A stretch of DNA of 46,751 nucleotides from NCBI GenBank assembly GCA_029864735.1, contig JAOTSW010000003.1, positions 1 to 46,751 of the forward strand, given 5' to 3'. The DNA is from Chromatiales bacterium. GTDB taxonomy: Bacteria > Pseudomonadota > Gammaproteobacteria > Steroidobacterales > BM003. The first letter of the stretch is position 1. Each line of letters starts with the position of its first letter. The notes under the pieces were generated by a model, which saw only the letters and a program-made list of their open reading frames with translations, had not been told where the DNA came from and did no database searches. Both the position numbers and the translations under genes were made by a program. Of this stretch, positions 19,157 to 27,817 are shown piece after piece.

Positions 19157-20554
19157 ATGGCCACCGGCGCAAAGAAACCCAAAACAGTATTTCGCTGTAG
19201 CGATTGCGATACAGATCACAACAAGTGGTCAGGCCAGTGCTCCGGATGTGGCGCGTGGAACACACTGGAACAACAAGTCAGTGTGGCGCCATCTCGCAAT
19301 ACTCCTGCCGGCATTGGGAACAGCAAGGTCACCACCCTGGACAAGGTCAGCACGAAGCGGATCGCCCGCTTATCGACCGGCCTGGTGGAATTCGACCGGG
19401 TTCTTGGCGGTGGACTGGTTCCCGGCAGCACCCTGGTCCTGGGCGGGTTCCCGGGTGCCGGTAAATCCACGCTTCTCCTGCAAAGCGCCTGCAAGATTGC
19501 CGAAACCAACCCGGTGCTCTATGTGTCGGGCGAAGAATCCCTGGAACAGATTGCAGATCGTGCGCACCGCTTGCAGTTGCAGACGGACAAACTCCAGGTA
19601 CTGGCCGAAACAGATATCTCGGCAATCACCGCAATCATGGAACGGGATCGGCCCGCGGTAGTGATCGTCGATTCCATCCAGGTCATGCACCATCCGGATA
19701 TTGACTCACTGGCCGGCAACACCACGCAAGTTCGCGAGTGCGCCAACTTGCTCAGCCGATTCGCCAAGCGCCTGAACAGCGCCGTCATCATGGTCGGCCA
19801 CATAACCAAGAGTGAAAACCTGGCCGGCCCGATGACCCTTAATCACCTGGTGGACGCAACGATGATGCTGTCGAGCACCGACGACGCTCGCTATCGCATC
19901 GTGCGCTCTGACAAGAACCGGTTCGGTTCGGTTGCGGAAATCGGCGTATTCGCAATGACCGGCGCCGGCATGAAAGAGGTTCGCAACCCTTCCGCCATTT
20001 TCCTTAGCAAGTCCAACAAGGAACTACCCGGCAGCATCATCACCGTGCTATGGGAAGGCAGTCGCCCCCTGCTGGTGGAATTGCAGGCCCTGGTTGACCA
20101 GAGCGCCCTGGGCAACCCTCGCCGCGTAACCGTGGGAATAGACAATACCCGGGTGGCCATGTTGCTGGCGGTACTGAATCGGCACGGCGGCATCGCCGTC
20201 CACGACCAGGACGTATATGTAAATGTGGTTGGTGGAATACGGGTCAGCGAGCCAAGCGCGGACCTGGCCATTTTACTCAGCGTACTCAGCAGCCTCCGCG
20301 ACCGGGCAATTCCCCCGGACATATTTGCCTTTGGCGAAATAGGACTTTCAGGCGAGGTACGGCCCTGCGCGAACGGGCAGGAACGCATACGCGAAGCAGC
20401 CAAGCACGGTTTCAAAACCGCCATTGTCCCTGCGGCCAACGCTCCAAAAGGCTCAATCCCGGGCTTGAAACTGATACCCGTACACAGCCTGCAAGAGGCT
20501 TTGGACTGGGCTCTGGAATCCTTGAGGCCAACCTCCTCAAGCCACCGGGAATAA
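19157..20554 (+). CDS. radA: DNA repair protein RadA/Sms
   Basis: C4 zinc finger CSDC..CSGC, Walker A GFPGAGKS, IVDSIQ, KNRFG, Lon-like C-terminal domain. Confidence 0.95.
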   Translation: MATGAKKPKTVFRCSDCDTDHNKWSGQCSGCGAWNTLEQQVSVAPSRNTPAGIGNSKVTTLDKVSTKRIARLSTGLVEFDRVLGGGLVPGSTLVLGGFPGAGKSTLLLQSACKIAETNPVLYVSGEESLEQIADRAHRLQLQTDKLQVLAETDISAITAIMERDRPAVVIVDSIQVMHHPDIDSLAGNTTQVRECANLLSRFAKRLNSAVIMVGHITKSENLAGPMTLNHLVDATMMLSSTDDARYRIVRSDKNRFGSVAEIGVFAMTGAGMKEVRNPSAIFLSKSNKELPGSIITVLWEGSRPLLVELQALVDQSALGNPRRVTVGIDNTRVAMLLAVLNRHGGIAVHDQDVYVNVVGGIRVSEPSADLAILLSVLSSLRDRAIPPDIFAFGEIGLSGEVRPCANGQERIREAAKHGFKTAIVPAANAPKGSIPGLKLIPVHSLQEALDWALESLRPTSSSHRE

Positions 20555-20673
20555 TTCCGGCCGCCACGGGAGCCGATTCTGCCCGCCCCCCGGCTCAAAA
20601 TAGTGTGAAAAAACCTAGAACTAACAACGCATTATGGAATAGACTTCAGAGCTAGTTAACTTTCGAGGGCACT

Positions 20674-23205
20674 ATGGGCCTGGGTACGTCTAACATCTGG
20701 AGCTCAAACTGGCTGATCGCGGCAGCTTACTGCGTTCTCTTTACCCTCCTGGCCGCATTTCCGTTCCATAATTCGCTACAAAACGCCGAGTCAGACCTGT
20801 TAACCCAGGCCATGAACTGGACCAGCAAGACACCCTCCGGCGAGCTGGCGATTATCTCAATCGATCAGAAAAGCCTGGACAACGTGGGCCCCTGGCCATG
20901 GCAGCGCAGTATACTGGCACAGGTGATTGCAAGGCTCGCAGACAGTGGAGCCAGGGCCATTGCCACAACGGTGAGGCTGGATACCCCGCAAAACGAACTT
21001 GGGCGATATCACCTGGAGCAAATACGCGAGCGCCTGCAATCCAGCGACGCAAACAGACAGAGCCTGAGTCAATCTCAGGATTACCTTGAGCTGGCGCTGA
21101 ACGAGCTGAATACCGATAGGGGTCTGGCTGAAACCATCGCCGCAGCCGGCAATGTATATCTTCCCATGGATTTCCCCAGTAGCGGCCACGCGGACAGCGT
21201 ATCGCCGGAAAGTCCGATCCAGTGGTCAGCCGGTAGCCGGCCTGCCCAGGCTCCCAGGGCGGGATTCGCGCTGCAGTCCCTGCCGGAGTTTGCCGCCGTC
21301 GCTGCCGGCAATGGTCATCTGTACATGCCCGGCGACAGCGATGATGTAATACGTCGATTCAATCTACTGGTTTACTCCCAGGGCAAGCTCTACCCCTCCC
21401 TGGCCGCTCTGCTGGCCAGTGGCGTCAACCAGGACAAGACAATCACCGCCAACCTGAACGATCAGGGAAAACTGCAACTTAACAACCTGGTAATTCCTGT
21501 TGATGAATCCCTTGCTGCCATCACCTACTGGTACCCCAAGCGAGGTGGCAAGCCCGCCTTCCCGGTAGACTCATTCTGGGACGTGTTCGCGGGCAATACC
21601 CCGGCGGATAAATTCCGCAACAAGGTGGTTCTGCTTGGGCCTACCGACAAGCGCATTGCCCGTCAACTTAGCACGCCCCTGGGGGAAGACACCCCAGAGA
21701 TTTTCGCCCTGGCCCACCAGGTTTCTACTCTCATTAACCAGCATTTCACCGCCAGGCCAGGCTGGGTTGTCCAGGCCGAGCGCATGACCTGGTTGCTGGT
21801 TGCGATTTACCTGGCCTTTATCCTGACCCGACTCAGGCCCCGAATTTCCGGGTTGATCACCCTGGGTAGCGTGGCAATCCTGCTGGTCGCCAGCATGGCT
21901 GTTTATGTCTCCAGGGAAGTATGGTTTCAGCCACTGGGCCCGATTTTGATGCTGCTGCTAGGTCATCTGCTGATGACCATCAAAGGGCTGAATTTGTTTA
22001 GCCGGATCCGCAAGGGACCTCCGGACGAGCAAGTGGAAAGCGACCGGATGCTGGGGCTCGCATTTCAGCAACAAGGCCAATTGGACCTGGCTTGGGATAA
22101 ATTCAGGATATTGCCCCTTGATGACGCCATGATGGCAATTCTCTACGAGTTGGCCCTGGCCTATGAAGCCAAACGCAAGCTCAGCCGCTCGCGCCAGGTC
22201 TATGACCATATGGCCAGTTACGATGCAGACTATCGTGACCTCCAACAGCGCATGCAAATGGCGCAAAATCTGGAAGACACCATCACCCTCGGGGTCCCGG
22301 GCGCTACCGGACGAGTGCCGGTCTGGCTAACCGGGGGCGGCCAGAACAAGCCGCGACTTGGCCGGTACATAGTGGAGGAAGAAATCGGCAAAGGCGCAAT
22401 GGGTGTTGTCTACCTGGCTGTAGACCCCAGCCTCAACCGCAAGGTGGCCCTGAAGGCCATCCCCCTGGCCGAAGAGTTCGACGAGGGAGTGCTGGAGGAC
22501 GTGAAAAAGCGATTTTTCCGCGAGGCGGAAGCCGCGGGGCGTTTAGACCATCCCAATATCGTAGGCGTTTACGATGCGGGAGAAGACAATGACCTGGCCT
22601 ACATCGCCATGGAATACATGGAAGGACGCAGGCTAAGCGAATTCACGGTTAACACTAACCGATTGGCAGACGAAACCATATTGGAACTGGGAGCGACGGT
22701 TGCCGACGCACTTCACTACGCCCATGCCCGGGGCGTAGTACACAGAGACATCAAACCCTCCAACTTGCTGTACAACGCGGAGACAAACCAACTCAAAATC
22801 GCCGATTTTGGCGTCGCCCGTTTTGACGAAAGCAACCGGACCCGAACCGGACTGGTCCTGGGCACTCCCTCCTATATGTCTCCCGAGCAAATTGAGGGAG
22901 AAAATGTGACGGGAGCCTCGGACTTGTTTTCCTTAGGTGTTACTCTATATCAGCTACTTACGGGGTATTTGCCGTTCCGCGCTGATTCACTGGCCAAATT
23001 GATGTACAAAATTGCCAATGAACCGCATATGGCAGTGCATATGATGCGGGACGACCTGCCGGACTGCATAGAACAACTAATTGGCAAGGCACTGGCGAAA
23101 AAGCCTTTGGACCGATTTAACTCTGGCGCCGAGATGGCTCACGTCATCCGGAATTGTTTGAACAGAATGAGAGAAGAAAGGGGCGCTAGTCCCAAACGCA
23201 CATGA
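20674..23205 (+). CDS. CHASE2-domain membrane Ser/Thr protein kinase (Hanks type)
   Basis: N-terminal TM, CHASE2 motifs (IISIDQKSL..GPWPWQR, DSDDVIRR, NKVVLLG, TPLG), 3 TMs, helical linker, kinase motifs GKGAMGVV, VALK, HRDIKPSN, DFG, GTPSYMSPEQ, SDLFSLG. Confidence 0.92.
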   Translation: MGLGTSNIWSSNWLIAAAYCVLFTLLAAFPFHNSLQNAESDLLTQAMNWTSKTPSGELAIISIDQKSLDNVGPWPWQRSILAQVIARLADSGARAIATTVRLDTPQNELGRYHLEQIRERLQSSDANRQSLSQSQDYLELALNELNTDRGLAETIAAAGNVYLPMDFPSSGHADSVSPESPIQWSAGSRPAQAPRAGFALQSLPEFAAVAAGNGHLYMPGDSDDVIRRFNLLVYSQGKLYPSLAALLASGVNQDKTITANLNDQGKLQLNNLVIPVDESLAAITYWYPKRGGKPAFPVDSFWDVFAGNTPADKFRNKVVLLGPTDKRIARQLSTPLGEDTPEIFALAHQVSTLINQHFTARPGWVVQAERMTWLLVAIYLAFILTRLRPRISGLITLGSVAILLVASMAVYVSREVWFQPLGPILMLLLGHLLMTIKGLNLFSRIRKGPPDEQVESDRMLGLAFQQQGQLDLAWDKFRILPLDDAMMAILYELALAYEAKRKLSRSRQVYDHMASYDADYRDLQQRMQMAQNLEDTITLGVPGATGRVPVWLTGGGQNKPRLGRYIVEEEIGKGAMGVVYLAVDPSLNRKVALKAIPLAEEFDEGVLEDVKKRFFREAEAAGRLDHPNIVGVYDAGEDNDLAYIAMEYMEGRRLSEFTVNTNRLADETILELGATVADALHYAHARGVVHRDIKPSNLLYNAETNQLKIADFGVARFDESNRTRTGLVLGTPSYMSPEQIEGENVTGASDLFSLGVTLYQLLTGYLPFRADSLAKLMYKIANEPHMAVHMMRDDLPDCIEQLIGKALAKKPLDRFNSGAEMAHVIRNCLNRMREERGASPKRT

Positions 23206-24032
23206 GCCTTCGCAATAAAATCAAAGTTGTTGAACTTACGGACACAGGAAAGATCCGTGACCACAATGAAGATGCAATCGGTAGCGAGAGAGATATCGGG
23301 CTGCTGGTGTTAGCCGATGGGATGGGAGGCTACAACGCCGGCGAAGTCGCCTCCTCCATCGCGGTCAAAACCATTCTCAAGCAAGTTGAGGAGTCCCTGG
23401 AACGGCTTGGCGAGGACCGGGACGAAGTAGAGCCCCAGACCGGATTGTGGCGGCAGAGCGTGATTCTGCGGGACGCCGTGGCCAGGGCTAACAAACTGAT
23501 TCACAACCAGGCCCAGATCAGGCCTGAGTGCGAAGGCATGGGCACTACACTTGTCTCCTGCCTGTTTTATAACAACCACGTCTCAATCGCCCACGTAGGC
23601 GACTCGCGTATGTACCGGCTGCGAGACGGGCGGTTCGAGCAACTCACGCTGGACCACTCCTTGCTCCAGGAGCTGGTAGATAGAGGCTTCTATTCCCAGG
23701 AAGAGGCTCAACGCTCCACCAACCGCAATTACGTCACCAGGGCGCTCGGGGTGGAAAAGGCCGTGGATGTAGAGATTAACGAGTACGATGTGAAGCCTGG
23801 CGATTATTTTTTGCTGTGCTCAGACGGTTTGACTGATATGGTCGAAGATGAGGATATTCATTTAACGATCAGTACGTTTCATGATAATCTTGATATTGCT
23901 GGTCAACAATTAATCAAGCTGTCAAATGACCATGGTGGGAAAGACAATATTTCCATAATTATCGGTTACGCAGCCCAGTCTTTCGGGGTGCGTAAAGGAC
24001 TGCTTAAGAAGCTTGCGAGAAAGCTTAGATAA
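23202..24032 (+). CDS. PP2C/PPM Ser/Thr phosphatase (Stp1/IreP family)
   Basis: RDHNEDA, ADGMGG, GMGTT, HVGDSR, DHS, TRALG, CSDGL, GGKDNIS; ATGA overlap with the kinase stop. Confidence 0.95.
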   Translation: MSLRNKIKVVELTDTGKIRDHNEDAIGSERDIGLLVLADGMGGYNAGEVASSIAVKTILKQVEESLERLGEDRDEVEPQTGLWRQSVILRDAVARANKLIHNQAQIRPECEGMGTTLVSCLFYNNHVSIAHVGDSRMYRLRDGRFEQLTLDHSLLQELVDRGFYSQEEAQRSTNRNYVTRALGVEKAVDVEINEYDVKPGDYFLLCSDGLTDMVEDEDIHLTISTFHDNLDIAGQQLIKLSNDHGGKDNISIIIGYAAQSFGVRKGLLKKLARKLR

Positions 24033-24050
24033 ACCCAGTGAGGGCTTGGC

Positions 24051-24764
24051 ATGGCGCGTTTAATTCTCAGCCTGGACGGTCAATTAATGGCTGAATACAA
24101 CATGACCAAGGAGCGGTACACTATCGGCCGCCTTCCTGATAACGACGTGCGTATCGATAACGCAGCAGTCAGCGGTCATCATTCACTTATCATAAACATC
24201 CTCAATGACTCCTTTCTGGAAGATTTGAACAGCACCAATGGCACTTACGTCAATGGCAAGCTCATCAAGAAACATGCGCTTCAGAACAGCGATGTGATTA
24301 CCATCGGGCACCATCAGCTGAGATTCGTTGATAGTGATGAAGGCGCAGACGATGACGACGAGTTTGAAAAGACCATGGTCATCAATCCCAGCAGCCAAAG
24401 CCAGGACAAGATCGACCGTGTGCGCGCGCAGGTTGAAGAAGCTGCGGCCCAGCCCAGTGTTGCCGCCCTCTCTACCCGCGGAGCAGGCATGGTGGCCACG
24501 GCCAAGCTACAGGTACTAAGCGGTACCTTTGCCGGTCGTGAGCTGGAGCTGAAAAAGGCCCTGACCACTCTTGGCCGTCCCGGACTGCAGGTTGCAGCCA
24601 TTACCCGGCGTGCCGAGGGATATTTCGTGGTGCACGTGGACGGTGGCAAAGATAATCGTCACCCGATACTCAACGGCGAATCCACTGGCGCCAAGGCGCG
24701 TAGGCTTGAAGATAGCGACGTGATCGAGATCGCCGGTGTGAAGATGGGCTTCTTCCTTACTTGA
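24051..24764 (+). CDS. Tandem FHA-domain protein (canonical N-terminal FHA, degenerate C-terminal FHA)
   Basis: G26-R27, S41xxH44 and DLNSTNGTYVNG. The second FHA-like repeat keeps LGR, LNG and DVIEIAG but has no SxxH or NGT. Confidence 0.9.
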   Translation: MARLILSLDGQLMAEYNMTKERYTIGRLPDNDVRIDNAAVSGHHSLIINILNDSFLEDLNSTNGTYVNGKLIKKHALQNSDVITIGHHQLRFVDSDEGADDDDEFEKTMVINPSSQSQDKIDRVRAQVEEAAAQPSVAALSTRGAGMVATAKLQVLSGTFAGRELELKKALTTLGRPGLQVAAITRRAEGYFVVHVDGGKDNRHPILNGESTGAKARRLEDSDVIEIAGVKMGFFLT

Positions 24765-25836
24765 GGTATTGCACGGCCACCCTCTGGGTGACCCCGCACA
24801 ACATCTCGTAGGGAATAGTCCCGGCCAGCTGAGCCAATTCCTCAACCGGGAGGCCGTCACCCCACAGTGTAAGGCTGTCCCCCACCCGGGCTTCCGGGTG
24901 GTCAGTCAGGTCTACCGTGATCATGTCCATCGAGACCCGCCCAACCAGTGGGATACGACTGTCCCCCAGAAGCACCGGCGTGCCATTACCCAGGTGCCTG
25001 GGGTAACCATCCCCATAACCAATCGCCGCCACCCCTATTCGACAATCCCTCGTAGCAGTCCAGGCCGATCCATAACCGACGGACTCACCGGCGGCGACCT
25101 TGCGAATGGCAATGAGCTCAGTTCCCAGGCGCATAACCGGCTTAAGTCCCAATTCCTCTCCGGTCTTGCCTACGATAGGCGACACACCAAACAAGGCGAG
25201 ACCCGGCCTCACCCACTGGGCGCGACTCTCGGGCCAGGCCAGTAAACCGGCAGAATTGGCGATGCTGCGCTCTGCCTCGACTCCCCGGGTGGTCTCTTCG
25301 AAAAGCGCCAACTGCTGACTGGTGGCATCGCTTGAGAGCATATCCGCGTTGGCCAGGTGGGTCATCAACACGAGCTGTTCTCGCACAGCGTGCAGATTTC
25401 GCAGTCGCGCCAGGACCCTGGAAAACTCCTCCGGTCTGAACCCCAGGCGGTTCATACCCGTATCGACCTTTAACCAGACGGTGAAACGGCTGTTGCGGCC
25501 GAAGGACTCCAACAACTCCAGCTGTTCATGGGAATGAACAACAAGGTCACAGGCATTTGCTGCCGCCAGCTCAAGTTGACTTTGATTAAACACACCCTCG
25601 AGCAGCACAAGCCTCTGGCCGACGCCGGCCGCGCGCAGCGCAACCGCCTCCTCAATTCGGGCTACCGCCAGGGCATCCGCATCGCAAAGCGCCTTGGCCA
25701 CCGGAACCAGGCCGTGGCCGTAGGCATTGGCCTTGATGACCGCCAGGACCTTGGCCCCCTCGCTAAGCTCTCTTATACGTCTGAGATTGTGATTGAGGGC
25801 AAGGGTATCTACTGTGGCCCGACACAGTGCTGTCAC
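24757..25836 (-). CDS. alr: Alanine racemase
   Basis: AVIKANAYGHG (PLP Lys), KVDTGMNRLG, VGYG, GYGDG, GRVSMDM, TIPYE; GTGA overlap with dnaB. Confidence 0.97.
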   Translation of the reverse strand: MTALCRATVDTLALNHNLRRIRELSEGAKVLAVIKANAYGHGLVPVAKALCDADALAVARIEEAVALRAAGVGQRLVLLEGVFNQSQLELAAANACDLVVHSHEQLELLESFGRNSRFTVWLKVDTGMNRLGFRPEEFSRVLARLRNLHAVREQLVLMTHLANADMLSSDATSQQLALFEETTRGVEAERSIANSAGLLAWPESRAQWVRPGLALFGVSPIVGKTGEELGLKPVMRLGTELIAIRKVAAGESVGYGSAWTATRDCRIGVAAIGYGDGYPRHLGNGTPVLLGDSRIPLVGRVSMDMITVDLTDHPEARVGDSLTLWGDGLPVEELAQLAGTIPYEMLCGVTQRVAVQYLK

Positions 25837-27236
25837 TGAAAGGCCTCATCCACGTAGCTTTCAGCCATCAGATTTTCGAACTTGGTGTACTGACCAAGGA
25901 AGGTCAGGTGCACTTCACCCACCGGACCATTACGCTGCTTGGCAATGATGATGTCGGCGATGCCCTTGCGGGTGGTTTCCTTATCGTAGACTTCTTCTCG
26001 ATAAATGAAGCAAATCACATCGGCATCCTGCTCGATAGCACCGGACTCACGCAGATCGGACATCACGGGCCGCCTGTCGGTGCGCTGCTCCACGCTTCGA
26101 TTGAGCTGGGACAGTGCAATGACCGGGCAATCCAGTTCCTTGGCCAGGGCTTTCAGCGATCGGGAAATCTCGGAAATTTCCGTGGCCCGGTTCTCCTTGT
26201 TACCCTGGACCTGCATCAATTGGAGGTAATCCAGCACGATCAGGCCCAGGCCGCCGTTCTCACGGGCCAGGCGGCGAGCGCGGGCGCGCACCTCGGTAGG
26301 ACTCAATGACGGCGTGTCGTCAATGTAGATCTTTGCCTCAGACATGATCGCGACGGCGGAATTAATACGGTTCCAGTCCTCGTCGTTGAAATTCCCCCGG
26401 CGCAAATTCGACTGGTCAACCCGGCCTATGGAACCAATCATTCGGAAGCTGATCTGCTCGGCCGACATTTCCATACTGAAAATTGCCACGGCCTGGCCCG
26501 ATCCAATTGCCGCGTTCTCGGCGATATTCATCGCCAGGGTGGTCTTACCCATGGACGGGCGACCGGCGATGATGACCAGGTCACCGCGCTGCAGCCCTGC
26601 GGTGATGTCATCCAGGCTGTTAAATCCGGTAGATAAACCCGTGACATCGCCTTCGGTATGGCTGAGGTAGTCAAGTCGGTCGATAGTGGCGGGAAGAATC
26701 TTTCTCAGGGCCTGGAATCCAGATCCCCGCCGCTTTCCCCGCTCGGCAATCTGGAATACCGAACGTTCTGCGTCATCCACCAGTTCCGAAGCATCCCGAC
26801 CGTCAGAGGTATAGGCGCTATCGGCGATTGCGACACCGACGTCGATCAGGTTACGCAGCAGCGCCCGCTCACGAACGATTTGGCCGTAAGCCTGGATATT
26901 CGCCGCGCTGGGAGTGTCTTTGGCCAATTGACCCAGGAAGGCCAGGCCACCCATTTCGTCTAGCTGGTCGTTACGGGCCAGGTATTCCGAGACGGTGACG
27001 GCATCAAGCGGCTGATTGCGCTCGGCCAGCTCACCGATGGCATTGAAAATCAGGCGGTGGTCGTGGCGGTAGAAATCTTCTGCGGTGACCACATCGGCGA
27101 TGCGATCCCAGGCCTTGTTATCCAGCATGAGGCCGCCGAGAACGGCTCTTTCCGCATCAACAGAGTGAGGCGGCACACGGAGTGTTTCCGTGCCGCTCAT
27201 CGCGTCAAAGCGATCATCACCCATTGGAGTTGCCAT
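25833..27236 (-). CDS. dnaB: Replicative DNA helicase
   Basis: PPHSVDAE, GRPSMGKT, FSMEM, DYLQL, LSQLNR, DLRESGAIEQDAD, KQRNG; no intein seen. Confidence 0.99.
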   Translation of the reverse strand: MATPMGDDRFDAMSGTETLRVPPHSVDAERAVLGGLMLDNKAWDRIADVVTAEDFYRHDHRLIFNAIGELAERNQPLDAVTVSEYLARNDQLDEMGGLAFLGQLAKDTPSAANIQAYGQIVRERALLRNLIDVGVAIADSAYTSDGRDASELVDDAERSVFQIAERGKRRGSGFQALRKILPATIDRLDYLSHTEGDVTGLSTGFNSLDDITAGLQRGDLVIIAGRPSMGKTTLAMNIAENAAIGSGQAVAIFSMEMSAEQISFRMIGSIGRVDQSNLRRGNFNDEDWNRINSAVAIMSEAKIYIDDTPSLSPTEVRARARRLARENGGLGLIVLDYLQLMQVQGNKENRATEISEISRSLKALAKELDCPVIALSQLNRSVEQRTDRRPVMSDLRESGAIEQDADVICFIYREEVYDKETTRKGIADIIIAKQRNGPVGEVHLTFLGQYTKFENLMAESYVDEAFQ

Positions 27237-27319
27237 CGACCATTACCGCCAGGTTAATCAAGGGCAGATCAAGATAGCACACCGCGCCCCGGGGGTGGAC
27301 CCCGGGATGCGGGGCGATC

Positions 27320-27769
27320 TTATTCTTCGCCGGTAACCTCGACCGGCACAGTAACGCTAAGTTCGCTGTGCAGGACTACTTCGACGGTATGATCGCCAAG
27401 CTGGCGGATCGGACCTTCGGCCATATGGACTTCGCGACGCTCAATTTCCACACCCTGTGCGGTCAGAGCAGCGGCGATATCGGCGTTGCCGATGGAGCCA
27501 AACAGCTTGCCTTCGTTACCGGCCTTGGCGGTCAGTTTCACAACCACGCCGTCCAGCAGCTTGGCACGACCCTGGGCGCGAGTCAGCAATTCGGCTGACT
27601 TGGCCTCAAGCTCCGCACGGATCGCCTCGAACTTCTCAATGTTCGCAGCAGTTGCCAGCGTTGCCTTGCCCTGGGGCAGAAGGAAATTACGACCATAACC
27701 TGAACGTACCTTTACGCGGTCGCCCATGGAACCCAGGTTTTCAACTTTTTCCAGAAGTATGACTTCCAT
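27320..27769 (-). CDS. rplI: 50S ribosomal protein L9
   Basis: MEVILLEKVENLG, GYGRNFLLPQG, GKLFGS. Start at 27769 or 27772. Confidence 0.98.
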   Translation of the reverse strand: MEVILLEKVENLGSMGDRVKVRSGYGRNFLLPQGKATLATAANIEKFEAIRAELEAKSAELLTRAQGRAKLLDGVVVKLTAKAGNEGKLFGSIGNADIAAALTAQGVEIERREVHMAEGPIRQLGDHTVEVVLHSELSVTVPVEVTGEE

Positions 27770-27817
27770 CATCTCACCCGTTTTATCAAGCCCTAAGCGG
27801 GCCATCTATCCTAAAAA

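Noticed and set aside
20604-20619. CRP-like site TGTGA-N6-CTAGA upstream of the kinase
   Set aside because: The second half-site matches TCACA at only 2 of 5 positions; too weak despite the nearby PDE.
20674-24764. Type VI secretion regulatory locus (ppkA-pppA-fha1)
   Set aside because: No tss or tag genes in the window, and the topology differs: the sensor is an N-terminal CHASE2 and the kinase is C-terminal, unlike PpkA.
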